Assembly: GCA_965248055.1 (NCBI GenBank)
Contig: CBDFIJ010000004.1
Coordinates: forward strand, 2,496,001-2,560,000
Source of the DNA: Candidatus Multivoradales bacterium
GTDB lineage: Bacteria > Acidobacteriota > Thermoanaerobaculia > Multivoradales > JAHEKO01
Direction: 5' to 3'
DNA: 64,000 bases
Below are positions 50,491 through 59,560 of the stretch, in pieces (the stretch's first letter is position 1; each line of letters opens with the position of its first letter). A model generated the notes under the pieces. That model saw only the letters and a list, made by a program, of their open reading frames with translations, ran no database searches and was not told the origin of the DNA. The position numbers were made by a program, and so were the translations under genes.

Positions 50491-51867
50491 CTAGCGCTCG
50501 CGGCTGGTAGGAATCTCGAGGCGTTTCATCATCTCGTGCAAGGTGGTGGGCTTGACCCGAAGCAATTCAGCAGCTTTCTTCTGCACACCGCTGGTCTGTT
50601 CTAACGCTTGATGGATTAGATGACGTTCGTAGTCGGACAATGCTCCGCGTAGGGAAAATCCGTTGCCAAAGTCCGCTGAGGGCAAACTCGAAAAGCCCCC
50701 TTGCCCTCGTACCGCCGCGGGCAACAACTCGGCATCGATGATTCGATCGCTGGCCAGAACCACCGCGCGCTCGATCGCATTTTCCAGTTCGCGGACGTTT
50801 CCGGGCCAAGAGTAGTGGGCCAGAATGTCCATGGTCGCCGGCGAGAAACCGTCGACCTCCTTGTCGTTCTCGATCGCACAACGGGTGAGGAAGTGGTCTG
50901 CGAGAACTGGGATATCTCCCCTCCGTTCGCGCAGCGGCGGAAGCTGAATGGTGATGACATTGAGTCGATAGTAGAGATCTTCGCGAAAAGTACCTCGGCT
51001 AACTTCATCCGCGAGGTCGGCGTTGGTAGCGGCTAGGATGCGAGCATCGGCGCGCAAAGTCTCAACCCCACCCAGGCGCATGAACTCCTTTTCTTGGATC
51101 ACCCGAAGAAGCTTGGCTTGGGTTTCCGGCGGGATATTGCCGATCTCGTCCAAAAAGATGGTGCCGCCATCCGCGACTTCAAAAAGTCCTTGCTTGCGGG
51201 AGATTGCTCCAGTGAAGGCCCCCTTCTCATGACCGAAGAGGTTACTCTCCAATAGATCTGGCGGCACTGATCCTGAGTTGACAACAACGAAGGGCCCTTC
51301 AGCGCGTCGAGATTGTTGGTGAATGGCCTTAGCCACCAATTCCTTGCCGGTACCACTCTCGCCAAGCACCAAGATATTGCTGTTGGCGGGGGCTGCACGT
51401 TTGATCAGGTCGTAGACTACGGTCATCGGCTGGCTATTGCCGATGATCCCTTCTAGCCCGGTCTCTCGTCGTATCTGACTCTTGAGAACCTTGTTCTCGG
51501 TGGTCAATCGGCGTTGTTCGAGCCCACGCTGAATGGTTAGCAAGACCTCTTCATTCTTGAATGGCTTGGCGATGTAATCAAAGGCACCGGCACGCATCGC
51601 TTGGATCGCGGTCTCCATCGAAGAGTAGGCGGTGATCACCACCACCAGTTGGTCCGGTTTTTCGGCCCGAATCTGCTCCAAGACTGTCATCCCGTCGGTG
51701 TCGGGAAGCATCAGATCTAGCAACACCAAGTCGACGTCCTCGGTTGTGGTCAGGCGGACGCCCTCGCGGCCGGTTCGAGCCGAGAGGGTGTTGAAGCCTT
51801 CTCTACTCAGCAGGGTAGAGAGAACGTCTTGAAGGACTTCTTCGTCGTCGATGATGAGAATTTTCAC
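50491..51867 (-). CDS. NtrC-family sigma54-dependent response regulator (REC-AAA+-Fis HTH)
   Basis: IIDDE, LDLMLP (phospho-Asp), KP; GESGTGKE, ESNLFGHEKGAFTGA, FLDEI, FREDLYYRL, WPGNVREL; C-terminal HTH. Confidence 0.97.
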   Translation of the reverse strand: MKILIIDDEEVLQDVLSTLLSREGFNTLSARTGREGVRLTTTEDVDLVLLDLMLPDTDGMTVLEQIRAEKPDQLVVVITAYSSMETAIQAMRAGAFDYIAKPFKNEEVLLTIQRGLEQRRLTTENKVLKSQIRRETGLEGIIGNSQPMTVVYDLIKRAAPANSNILVLGESGTGKELVAKAIHQQSRRAEGPFVVVNSGSVPPDLLESNLFGHEKGAFTGAISRKQGLFEVADGGTIFLDEIGNIPPETQAKLLRVIQEKEFMRLGGVETLRADARILAATNADLADEVSRGTFREDLYYRLNVITIQLPPLRERRGDIPVLADHFLTRCAIENDKEVDGFSPATMDILAHYSWPGNVRELENAIERAVVLASDRIIDAELLPAAVRGQGGFSSLPSADFGNGFSLRGALSDYERHLIHQALEQTSGVQKKAAELLRVKPTTLHEMMKRLEIPTSRER

Positions 51868-54587
51868 GCCGATTCAGACTCTTGTAGCGGCAGTACGACC
51901 GTGAACTGAGTGCCACTGGGTCGAGTGGCGAACTGAATTTCACCGCCGTGTCGTTCCACGATGTTGTAGGAAATAGACAACCCAAGCCCGGTTCCGCCGC
52001 GGTCGGTTTTGGTCGAGAAAAACGGTTGGAAAATCTTGGGTTGGATCTCGCGCGGAATGCCAGGTCCGGTGTCGGCGACCACCACTCTGGCTCGCGAACC
52101 TTCGGTGGTGGCTGAGATCGAGAGAGTGCCCCCTTGATCGGCCATGGCATCAATCGCGTTCACCAATAGGTTGGTGAACACCTGGTTCAGCTCTCCTTCG
52201 TTGCCGGTGACCACCAAGCTTAAGGGTAGCTTCTCGACATTCAGGCTGACGCCAGCCGCTTGACGTCGCTCTCCGAGCAGATCGGCGCAATCGCGCAAGA
52301 TTGAGCAGAGGTCGACTCGGGTTGCCGGTCCGGCGCTTCCACGCGACAGACTGAGTAAGTTGTTGACGATCCTTGAGGCGCGGAAAGTCTGTTGTTCGAC
52401 CTTCTTGAGCAGGCCATAGCGGGGATCGTCGGGGGCTGTTTCTTCTAGCAGCATTTGGGCGTAGCTGGAGATTCCGGTGATTGGCGTATTGACCTCGTGA
52501 GCCACTCCAGCCGCCAGCATTCCCAAGGAAGCCAGTCGTTCTCTCTCTTGCAGCGCATGCTCCATCTCAACCCGCTCGGTGACGTCTTGAACTAGCAGCA
52601 CATTGAGCGGCTCTTTGGCCGAAGGGTCGGACAACTTTGAGGTCGACAGTTGCAAGTAGGCGGTGGTGCCATCTGCGCGCGCCACCTGCGCCTCGTTCAT
52701 CTGACCCGGAACGATCTCCTCGATATCCAGCAGGTCGGTAAGACGCACCCCTTCCAGTTGTTGTGGGCTGCGGGTAAAGACCGAAGACAGCGAGCGGTTG
52801 GCTGATCGAATGCGTCCTTCCCGGTCGAGCACTGCAATTCCAGCCGGCGAAGACTCAAGAATGCTGTGGGTAAATTCCTGCATTCTCGATACTTCTTCGA
52901 GCTGTTCTTCGACCGTATGAAACAGCCGAGCATTGTCCAAGGCGAGAGCAGCTTGGTCAAAAACCGTACGTAGCAGGTCGATGTCGTCGGAGTTCAACGG
53001 GATATCCCCGGGGTGATGCCCACAAACGAACAGTCCGACCGGTTCTCCGCGACTCATCAAGGGGAACAAGTTGCGAAAACCGCTCTGATGGAGTGTCGCC
53101 TCCGTTGAGGCGGCTTCGCCGACTAGCCCCAGCGGTTGCAACAGTGCGTGGTCGGTGTCCCAGGCGTCCGCCAAGGTGTCCACGTCAATACGCTCTGCGG
53201 TCCAGTCTCCAACCGGCTGTAGTTTGTTTCTTTCGGCTAAGAACAACTCCGCTCTGGGTAAGTCGAGGTCGGAACTCACCCGATTCAGCAACTCCAGCGC
53301 AAGGTCGTGAGAATCTTCTTCGGTCAAGCGGGTGGCAAACTCGGCCAAATCTCGGCGCAGGGTGATGCGACTTCCATACTGCAAGCGTTCCAAGGAGCCG
53401 CGAATGGTTTTCCTGGTCGGTACCATCAGGCCGGCGATCGCCAAGCCAGCGGTGAACGAGACTAAATTGCGCGGTAGTTCGGCAGCGTCAGCCATGACGT
53501 CTTTGAGCAGCAGGTTGACCAAAGAAAAACCAATGACTCCGACAAACAGGGTCAGAGCGGTGGAGACCCCACTGCGAATCAAAATGCCGATGTCAGCCAA
53601 TCGATAGCGCAGGTAGGCATAGCCGAACGCCAAGGGAATGAACCCCAGCATGGTGACCGCGATGAAAGCCTGCCATTCGGGAACCGGTCGACCAAAAAAA
53701 CCAGGCAGGACGTAGAGCAAAGAAAATGGCAAGTAGCCAGCGGCTAGCCCCACTGCGATCCACATCAGTTGTCGCCGTGGCTCCCAAGTGGTCTCAGTAA
53801 GGGCACGAAATCCCAAGATCGCAGCGGCACCCAGTCCAGCCACGACCATGTGCACCAGTTCCCACTGATCGAGACGAACGATGGCCCCACTGAGGTCTCC
53901 CTGATCGAACCAGCGTCCCCCGCGCAGCATCAAGTCTGCCTGCAGGACAAAGAGTGCAACCGCCGGGGCATAGACCAGCGCCAGACGATGGCGCTTACCA
54001 GCGACCACTCCTAAAGGAGAGGGAAACACCAAGAAGAAGTGAAGGGTGACCGCAGGCAAGAAGATGCGAGCAAATTCGTCGATGCCATAACTGGCGCGAT
54101 CGAGTAGATCGAATTGTTGTCCCGGAGAAACCAGGAACATGGCGCCGGACAACAAGCACCAGACGAAAAACAGCAAACCCGGCTTTTCACGCCGACGGGC
54201 CAAGGCAAAGCCGCCAACCGCCAGATAGGCGAGAGCAATTGCCGCTGTGGCTAGGTACTTCCAATCGATGTTGATGCCTGGCGCTCGAAGTTCAACCCGC
54301 GTCATCTGACCGCGCCGCAACACCACCGCTTCCGCGCTGGTATTACTCGATACCGCAGCGGCGAACTCAGCGACGGTGGTGACCTCCCGGTTGTCCACCA
54401 GAAGGACTCGGTCGCCGGATTGTAGCTGGCTGTGCCTGGCAGCAGAAACAATCAACCCTTGGGCTTGAGGTGAGAAGTCGGCTTCTAGGGTGCGGAAGTC
54501 TTCAATCTTGCGCAACGCACCCATCGCACCGACCACCAAGATTGCGACGGCTGCAAGAGCAGCGATGAGGGCGAATAACTTACGCAT
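51864..54587 (-). CDS. Sensor histidine kinase: PDZ-like + multi-TM + GAF + PAS + HisKA + HATPase
   Basis: LQSGDRVLLVD...VLRRGQ (PDZ-like); about 9 TM; LNSDDIDLL...AALALDNARL (GAF); SSPAGIAVLD..G.I...N (PAS); AHEVNTP, NAIDAM, DTGPGI, PFFSTK, GTGLGL; GTGA overlap with the regulator. Confidence 0.95.
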   Translation of the reverse strand: MRKLFALIAALAAVAILVVGAMGALRKIEDFRTLEADFSPQAQGLIVSAARHSQLQSGDRVLLVDNREVTTVAEFAAAVSSNTSAEAVVLRRGQMTRVELRAPGINIDWKYLATAAIALAYLAVGGFALARRREKPGLLFFVWCLLSGAMFLVSPGQQFDLLDRASYGIDEFARIFLPAVTLHFFLVFPSPLGVVAGKRHRLALVYAPAVALFVLQADLMLRGGRWFDQGDLSGAIVRLDQWELVHMVVAGLGAAAILGFRALTETTWEPRRQLMWIAVGLAAGYLPFSLLYVLPGFFGRPVPEWQAFIAVTMLGFIPLAFGYAYLRYRLADIGILIRSGVSTALTLFVGVIGFSLVNLLLKDVMADAAELPRNLVSFTAGLAIAGLMVPTRKTIRGSLERLQYGSRITLRRDLAEFATRLTEEDSHDLALELLNRVSSDLDLPRAELFLAERNKLQPVGDWTAERIDVDTLADAWDTDHALLQPLGLVGEAASTEATLHQSGFRNLFPLMSRGEPVGLFVCGHHPGDIPLNSDDIDLLRTVFDQAALALDNARLFHTVEEQLEEVSRMQEFTHSILESSPAGIAVLDREGRIRSANRSLSSVFTRSPQQLEGVRLTDLLDIEEIVPGQMNEAQVARADGTTAYLQLSTSKLSDPSAKEPLNVLLVQDVTERVEMEHALQERERLASLGMLAAGVAHEVNTPITGISSYAQMLLEETAPDDPRYGLLKKVEQQTFRASRIVNNLLSLSRGSAGPATRVDLCSILRDCADLLGERRQAAGVSLNVEKLPLSLVVTGNEGELNQVFTNLLVNAIDAMADQGGTLSISATTEGSRARVVVADTGPGIPREIQPKIFQPFFSTKTDRGGTGLGLSISYNIVERHGGEIQFATRPSGTQFTVVLPLQESESA

Positions 54588-54638
54588 CAAAAAAGGCTTC
54601 CAAGTTTGTTCTTGGAGAACCCAGTGGTTTACTTAGTG

Positions 54639-54653
54639 GCAGGATTCGTGCCA
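54639..54653 (-). promoter_or_regulatory. Sigma54 (-24/-12) promoter for the kinase-regulator operon
   Basis: Minus strand TGGCACGAATCCTGC vs consensus TGGCACG-N4-TTGC (one mismatch), about 50 bp upstream of the kinase start. Confidence 0.7.
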
Positions 54654-54712
54654 CTAAATCGGTATTTTGAACCAGTGAAGAGGCTTATTGTGGCAGCACA
54701 CTCGAGCCAAAA

Positions 54713-54748
54713 ATTCAACATTTTGAATCAAAGTGAAAGTTTTTGAAT
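54713..54748. promoter_or_regulatory. Putative tandem bEBP enhancer (UAS) boxes
   Basis: Palindrome ATTCAA-CATT-TTGAAT (54713-54728) and a degenerate copy GTGAAA-GTTT-TTGAAT (54733-54748), 20 bp apart, about -86 to -121 from the predicted sigma54 start. Confidence 0.55.
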
Positions 54749-54759
54749 TCGTCGAAACC

Positions 54760-56682
54760 TCAGAAGGAGAGGGAAACTCCTCCGGTCAACCGCTGCCGAA
54801 TATCGTCGCGATTTCGGTTGGGCTCGTTGGGGTGCTGGCCGCGAGCGAACTCGATGCTCAAACGAAGCGCGATGTTGGCCGCGTCAACAAGAGAGTCGAG
54901 ATCTTGGGTGAGCCTCAGTTGCAGCTTGTCTAAGTTCAGGTCCGACGCCGGTAGGGTGGGTGCCAAAGACTCAGCAGATTGCTGTAGCTGCTGGAAAGCA
55001 ATGTAGACGCCGGTGTCCGAGCGCTCAAAATGGGTATCCAAGGAAGTCACCAGATACTGGACGTCGTTCTTACTTGAGGCCAAGTTACTCACAACTTGCC
55101 CTCCGCCGCCGATGGCTAAACTGGACTCGAGGCGTGATGAAACGGCTGGAGACCACCGCGAGGTGTAAGACACGCTGACTTCGGGCAGTTGATCACCATC
55201 CACCAAGTAGATGGTGTCCATGCGATCCAGTAAGTCCTCGTCAAAAAATAGTTGCAACGTTTCATCGAATTCACGATGGGTTGCAGCAAGTGTCAACTTA
55301 TTGTCGTTTCCCACCTGACGTGCAAACTCAACCTGGTAACAAGACTTCTGTCCACTCTGGCAACCGCCATAGTGGTCTGCGAGTACTCGTCGGTAGCCGA
55401 AAATATCGGCGTCTTCGCTATGAACCCGTTCCGCTGCCAAGGTTGAGGCGGTCCATCGGTCGTTGAGCCGAACCACAGCCCCGCCGCGTGGAACAAACGA
55501 CACCGCGCCGTCGCGAAGTGTGGTCACCAGACCGTACTGCACCAGGACCCGTGGTTGTACTTGGACACCACCTTCACTGAACAGATCTACTCTCTGATTG
55601 GGTGACAAACTAGTCACCCCAAAAGCGCTCGGCGACAACGCTGTTTCCCGGTAGCGGAAGCCAGCAGTCAGATGGTGGTCTTTGGTGATTTGCGCGGTGT
55701 GTTGAGCCATGAGTTCCATTTCTCGCGAAGAGTCGGGAACCACGGAACTCCACTTCTCACTGGAGTAAAAACCGCTCTGCTCGGTGAACTCGGCGCGAAC
55801 TACAGAACGTCCCGCTCTTCCAAAATCGCGCGACCATCCGATGGCGTGTCGTTCCATGGCGACAGCGTCGTCGTCGGAAGAGAACCCAGATGCTAGTTGA
55901 TGCTGCAGGCTGGTGACGCTGACCTCGTTATTGGTTCCGTCAACCGAAAGCGAAATAACCTGACTGCTCCCCGTCGGTTCATTGGACTGACCGCTGAACT
56001 CCTGATAGTCGCCAACCAACTCAAGCCGTGCCTTACCAACAGCAGCGTCGACGGTGACGGTGCCACCGGATACCGTGTTGCCAGCAACCCGATCATCAAC
56101 TCCGACAAACGCCTGGAATTCGGTGCGCACCGGCACAATTTCGTCTTGAATGGATCCAGCTCGGCGAGCCTGGATCTGATCCGTGCTGTTTTGCAGATCG
56201 CGCAAGACATCGCTTGGAATTGCCCGCCTAGCACTCCAGAAGTCGTCAGAGTCCGACTCTGCCTCCACGGCTCCAAGCTCAATTTCGACAAACTGTTTCT
56301 CGTCAACTTCGCCTCGCGACAACATTAGGATTGCTGGTACGAAACCGGTCTTAAAGGCGATCAGCTTGTAGAGCCCAGGGGCCAAGCTGTCAAAGAGAAA
56401 GCGACCATTGGTATCGGTTTCGGTGCGGGTCCAACTGTCTTGAGCAGTCTCGACCGCGTAAATGCGGACTCGATCAATGGGAGCTCGTTGATGGACCACT
56501 CGACCGAGCAGTCGAGCGTTGGTCGGTTGTGGGGAAACCGAGGCGGCTTGCAACAGGCCTCCACTGAGAAGTGCGGTCGCTAGCAGCGCGATTACCCTCC
56601 AAGCTGAGGGAGTAGCGTTGGTCGTGCCGACCGCTGCCGTCCGGCCAAAATGAAGAGCCCCAAAATGAAAGAATTTAGTCAC
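54760..56682 (-). CDS. Outer-membrane protein: carboxypeptidase-regulatory-like domain + probable beta-barrel
   Basis: Signal peptide; GRVV...T.TNGRFLF..L.PG.Y.L.A...GF (CarboxypepD_reg-like); amphipathic beta-strands; C-terminal GGVSLSF beta-signal. Confidence 0.75.
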   Translation of the reverse strand: MTKFFHFGALHFGRTAAVGTTNATPSAWRVIALLATALLSGGLLQAASVSPQPTNARLLGRVVHQRAPIDRVRIYAVETAQDSWTRTETDTNGRFLFDSLAPGLYKLIAFKTGFVPAILMLSRGEVDEKQFVEIELGAVEAESDSDDFWSARRAIPSDVLRDLQNSTDQIQARRAGSIQDEIVPVRTEFQAFVGVDDRVAGNTVSGGTVTVDAAVGKARLELVGDYQEFSGQSNEPTGSSQVISLSVDGTNNEVSVTSLQHQLASGFSSDDDAVAMERHAIGWSRDFGRAGRSVVRAEFTEQSGFYSSEKWSSVVPDSSREMELMAQHTAQITKDHHLTAGFRYRETALSPSAFGVTSLSPNQRVDLFSEGGVQVQPRVLVQYGLVTTLRDGAVSFVPRGGAVVRLNDRWTASTLAAERVHSEDADIFGYRRVLADHYGGCQSGQKSCYQVEFARQVGNDNKLTLAATHREFDETLQLFFDEDLLDRMDTIYLVDGDQLPEVSVSYTSRWSPAVSSRLESSLAIGGGGQVVSNLASSKNDVQYLVTSLDTHFERSDTGVYIAFQQLQQSAESLAPTLPASDLNLDKLQLRLTQDLDSLVDAANIALRLSIEFARGQHPNEPNRNRDDIRQRLTGGVSLSF

Positions 56683-56690
56683 CGTTTATC

Positions 56691-56720
56691 AGTATAGGAA
56701 CCCGAGTGTCAAGGTGTCAA
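56691..56720 (-). promoter_or_regulatory. Sigma70-type promoter TTGACA-N18-TATACT directly before the GTG start
   Basis: TTGACA 56720-56715, TATACT 56696-56691, 8 nt to GTG at 56682. Confidence 0.7.
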
Positions 56721-56899
56721 ATCGGTCACAGGGTGTACCAAGAGTGTGTACCAAGTAGGCCGCTGCGACCCCTTTTGGTGCCCTCTCTCAACCCGCAGCC
56801 CTAACACTCCCGAATCGCAGGCCTTGGTCCAACGGTGGGTTGTTCCATGTCCTGCCACTAGAGTTTGTTTACGTAGATCGTCAGCTAAGGGTTCAAGGG

Positions 56900-57751
56900 T
56901 TAAGTAAAGTTGGGTTGATCCATGTTTTGTTGTGCGGCGATGATCTCGTCGGGATGGGGCGTCCTGGCAATCGCTAGACAGGCAACGGACGGTATTTCGC
57001 TCCGTCGTAGGGTCCGGGCTGCCTCCTTGAGCGTCGCGCCGCTGGTAATCACATCATCAACTAGAAGAACAGAACGCAGAGCTGGCTGGTGCGAGGTCGG
57101 TGCAAAGGCGCCGCCTAGATTTCGACCTCGATCTTTGAGCGCCAATTTGGACTGAGGTCGAGTTCCACGCCGTCGTCTCAAAAGGGCTCGACAGGGTAGC
57201 CCCAAGTGATGCGCAAGGCGCTTCGCCAGTAGCTCGGCTTGGTCATATCCGCGCAGGACGCGGCGAGGCCACCATAGAGGAATCCACGTCACTAGATCAT
57301 GTTGCTGCAGGGTGACAATCTCGGCTGTAGTCAAGCTTTCCATGAGTCGATCGACGATCTGGCGTCCGATGGACTTTAGGTGGCCGAATTTGAAGGCTCG
57401 CAGAGAGTCCGCAACGGGCGGTAGATAGTCCCAGCCAATGAAAAGACGGTCAAACGGGCTTCGATGGCCAAAGCATGTCCCACACTGGAAGTCCTCTTCT
57501 GAAAGGGTGGCAATTGGTCGCCCACAGAGATGACAACGACCCGTTGTGCGCTCGGGCCACTGGCAAAGGCACTGATTGCAAAGGCCAAACGGTGGCCGCA
57601 CGGTGCGCACCGACCGCCCGCAGCAGACGCACGGACAAGGCAAAATCAGATCAAGGCCAATGCCAACTGCTCGCGACCAGCCCGAGCCAAAGGCCTCGGG
57701 CGGACCGACCGTGGATAACGGCGGCCGTGGTTGTTGAGCGACCCTACACAC
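56900..57751 (-). CDS. comF: ComF family protein (double zinc ribbon + phosphoribosyltransferase domain)
   Basis: Four CxxC motifs, RGYDQAELL, R..NL.GAF, LLVDDVITSGAT; start uncertain. Confidence 0.9.
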   Translation of the reverse strand: MCRVAQQPRPPLSTVGPPEAFGSGWSRAVGIGLDLILPCPCVCCGRSVRTVRPPFGLCNQCLCQWPERTTGRCHLCGRPIATLSEEDFQCGTCFGHRSPFDRLFIGWDYLPPVADSLRAFKFGHLKSIGRQIVDRLMESLTTAEIVTLQQHDLVTWIPLWWPRRVLRGYDQAELLAKRLAHHLGLPCRALLRRRRGTRPQSKLALKDRGRNLGGAFAPTSHQPALRSVLLVDDVITSGATLKEAARTLRRSEIPSVACLAIARTPHPDEIIAAQQNMDQPNFT

Positions 57752-57827
57752 GGTTAAGGAGACGCGCTGGTGGACGCTATACTCGCACCCGGTCATGGCC
57801 TGTCGATTGCAGGCCACAGGAGTTTCT

Positions 57828-58355
57828 ATGGGCTTGCACAAGTTGAAAATTGCAGTCGTGGGGGTGGTCGTGGCGTTGTTTGCCGGACCGTCAGTCGCGG
57901 GGACTCCGTTTTCGATCGGACTGTTTGCTGGCTTTGGAGGCTCGATGGATGAGAGCGATACGGGCCTTGATCAAACGGTGGTGATGGCGAAATTCACGGT
58001 TGAAACCCGTCCCCGAACCGACTTTGCGATTCGTCTTGGTGAGATCGATATCGAGCAGCTGGGTGCCGTCACGGATGCCACTTTGACCTATCTCACGCTT
58101 TCTGGCGACTACTGGGCCTATGAATCCTTCTATGAATCGGCGCTTTATCTGGGTCTTGGCTACTACGAGATTTCCGGCCTCTTGGGGTTTGCGGAAGTGC
58201 AGGAGTCTACGGTTGGAGTGGTCCTCGGGGCTTTGGGTGAGTTCGACGTTACCCAGAATTTGTCCTTTCAGGTTGAGGTCTCAGCCCACTACTCACCGAT
58301 GGATGTCGCGCAGAGTTTTGTCATGGGGCAGGCCGGTCTCGCAGTTCACTTCTAA
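57828..58355 (+). CDS. Small outer-membrane beta-barrel protein
   Basis: Signal peptide, alternating beta-strand pattern (LYLGLGYY), C-terminal GLAVHF; SD AGGAG before ATG 57828. Confidence 0.75.
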   Translation: MGLHKLKIAVVGVVVALFAGPSVAGTPFSIGLFAGFGGSMDESDTGLDQTVVMAKFTVETRPRTDFAIRLGEIDIEQLGAVTDATLTYLTLSGDYWAYESFYESALYLGLGYYEISGLLGFAEVQESTVGVVLGALGEFDVTQNLSFQVEVSAHYSPMDVAQSFVMGQAGLAVHF

Positions 58356-58369
58356 TCTGGAAGACTCTC

Positions 58370-59494
58370 TTGGAGTTTGAGGGTACGGTCAGCGTTCAAG
58401 GCCGCCGGGTTTACTTGGTGGGCTTGGATCTACTGAGTACTCCGCCGGGAGTAGCAGAAGAACATCTAGATGAATTGATGGCTCTGGCGCGAAGTGCTGG
58501 TGCCAAGGTGGTCGGACGATTTGTCCAAAAACGCCGAGCCGCCCATCCAGCGACCATGATCGGCTCAGGCAAGGCGGAATGGTTGGCACAGGCAGCCAAG
58601 CCGCTCAAGGTCGACATTGTGTTGTTCGACGACGACCTAGCCCCCGGTCAAGTTCGCGAACTGGAGAAGCTCATTGAGCGGCCGGTCTTGGACCGCAGCG
58701 GGCTGATTCTGGAGATATTCAGTCAAAGGGCGCAGACCTCAGAGGCCAGAACCCAAGTCGAACTGGCGCGCCTAGTGTATTTACTACCGCGTTTGACCAA
58801 ACGCTGGGGTCATCTTTCTCGTCAGGCTGGTGGTATTGGTCAACGGGGTGGAGAAGGAGAGAAGCAGCTGGAGGCTGACCGCCGGATGCTTCGGCGTCGG
58901 ATCTCGCAACTCAAAAAGAGGCTAGGCAAGATCGAAACCACCCGCGTGGTTCAAAGAAGGAGTCGCCGCCAGATTCCGACCATTGCCTTGGCTGGTTACA
59001 CTAATGCAGGGAAATCGACTCTTTTCAACCGTCTGACGGGTGCTGATGTGGTGGCCCAAGATCGCCTGTTTGCCACTTTGGATTCCAAGCTGCGGCGTGG
59101 CGTCTTGGCACCTGGAGTCGCGGTGGTGTTTGCCGACACCGTGGGTTTCATTCGCAAGCTGCCTCATGACTTAGTGGCCTCCTTTCGTTCGACGCTGGGT
59201 GAAGTGGTCGATGCCGACTTGGTATTGCACGTAGTCGATGCCAGTCATCCTCAAGCCGAAGAACAGCGCAGGGTGGCAGAAGAGGTGCTTGCTGATCTGG
59301 GTGTGCCTGCTGAGCGCCTGATTCTAGTGTGCAACAAGATGGATCGCGAAGGGGCGAACTGTGCAGCAGTTGGAAACGGCAATGGTACGGGAATCGCACT
59401 CTCGGCGACCACCGGCGAGGGTTTGGCGAACTTGCGGCAGGCGATTGCCGATCGGCTGGGTATCGCGACCGTGCCGACCGCTCAGTGGAACTAG
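58370..59494 (+). CDS. hflX: GTPase HflX
   Basis: GSGK, ILEIF..RA.T.EA..QVELA, GE.QLE.DRR, GYTNAGKS, LFATLD, DTVGFI, NKMD, SA. Confidence 0.97.
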   Translation: MEFEGTVSVQGRRVYLVGLDLLSTPPGVAEEHLDELMALARSAGAKVVGRFVQKRRAAHPATMIGSGKAEWLAQAAKPLKVDIVLFDDDLAPGQVRELEKLIERPVLDRSGLILEIFSQRAQTSEARTQVELARLVYLLPRLTKRWGHLSRQAGGIGQRGGEGEKQLEADRRMLRRRISQLKKRLGKIETTRVVQRRSRRQIPTIALAGYTNAGKSTLFNRLTGADVVAQDRLFATLDSKLRRGVLAPGVAVVFADTVGFIRKLPHDLVASFRSTLGEVVDADLVLHVVDASHPQAEEQRRVAEEVLADLGVPAERLILVCNKMDREGANCAAVGNGNGTGIALSATTGEGLANLRQAIADRLGIATVPTAQWN

Positions 59495-59523
59495 AAAAAG
59501 GCCCCTACATGGGTAGGGGCCTT
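59495..59523 (-). terminator. Intrinsic terminator, possibly bidirectional
   Basis: AAGGCCCCTAC-ATGG-GTAGGGGCCTT hairpin between convergent genes, with a T5 run on the minus strand. Confidence 0.8.
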
Positions 59524-59560
59524 GGAATCTCTGGGTAGAGACGGTGGTAGGAAATACGCC

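Noticed and set aside
57710-57718. DnaA-box-like TTATCCACG
   Set aside because: Single imperfect copy, no cluster or AT-rich unwinding region.
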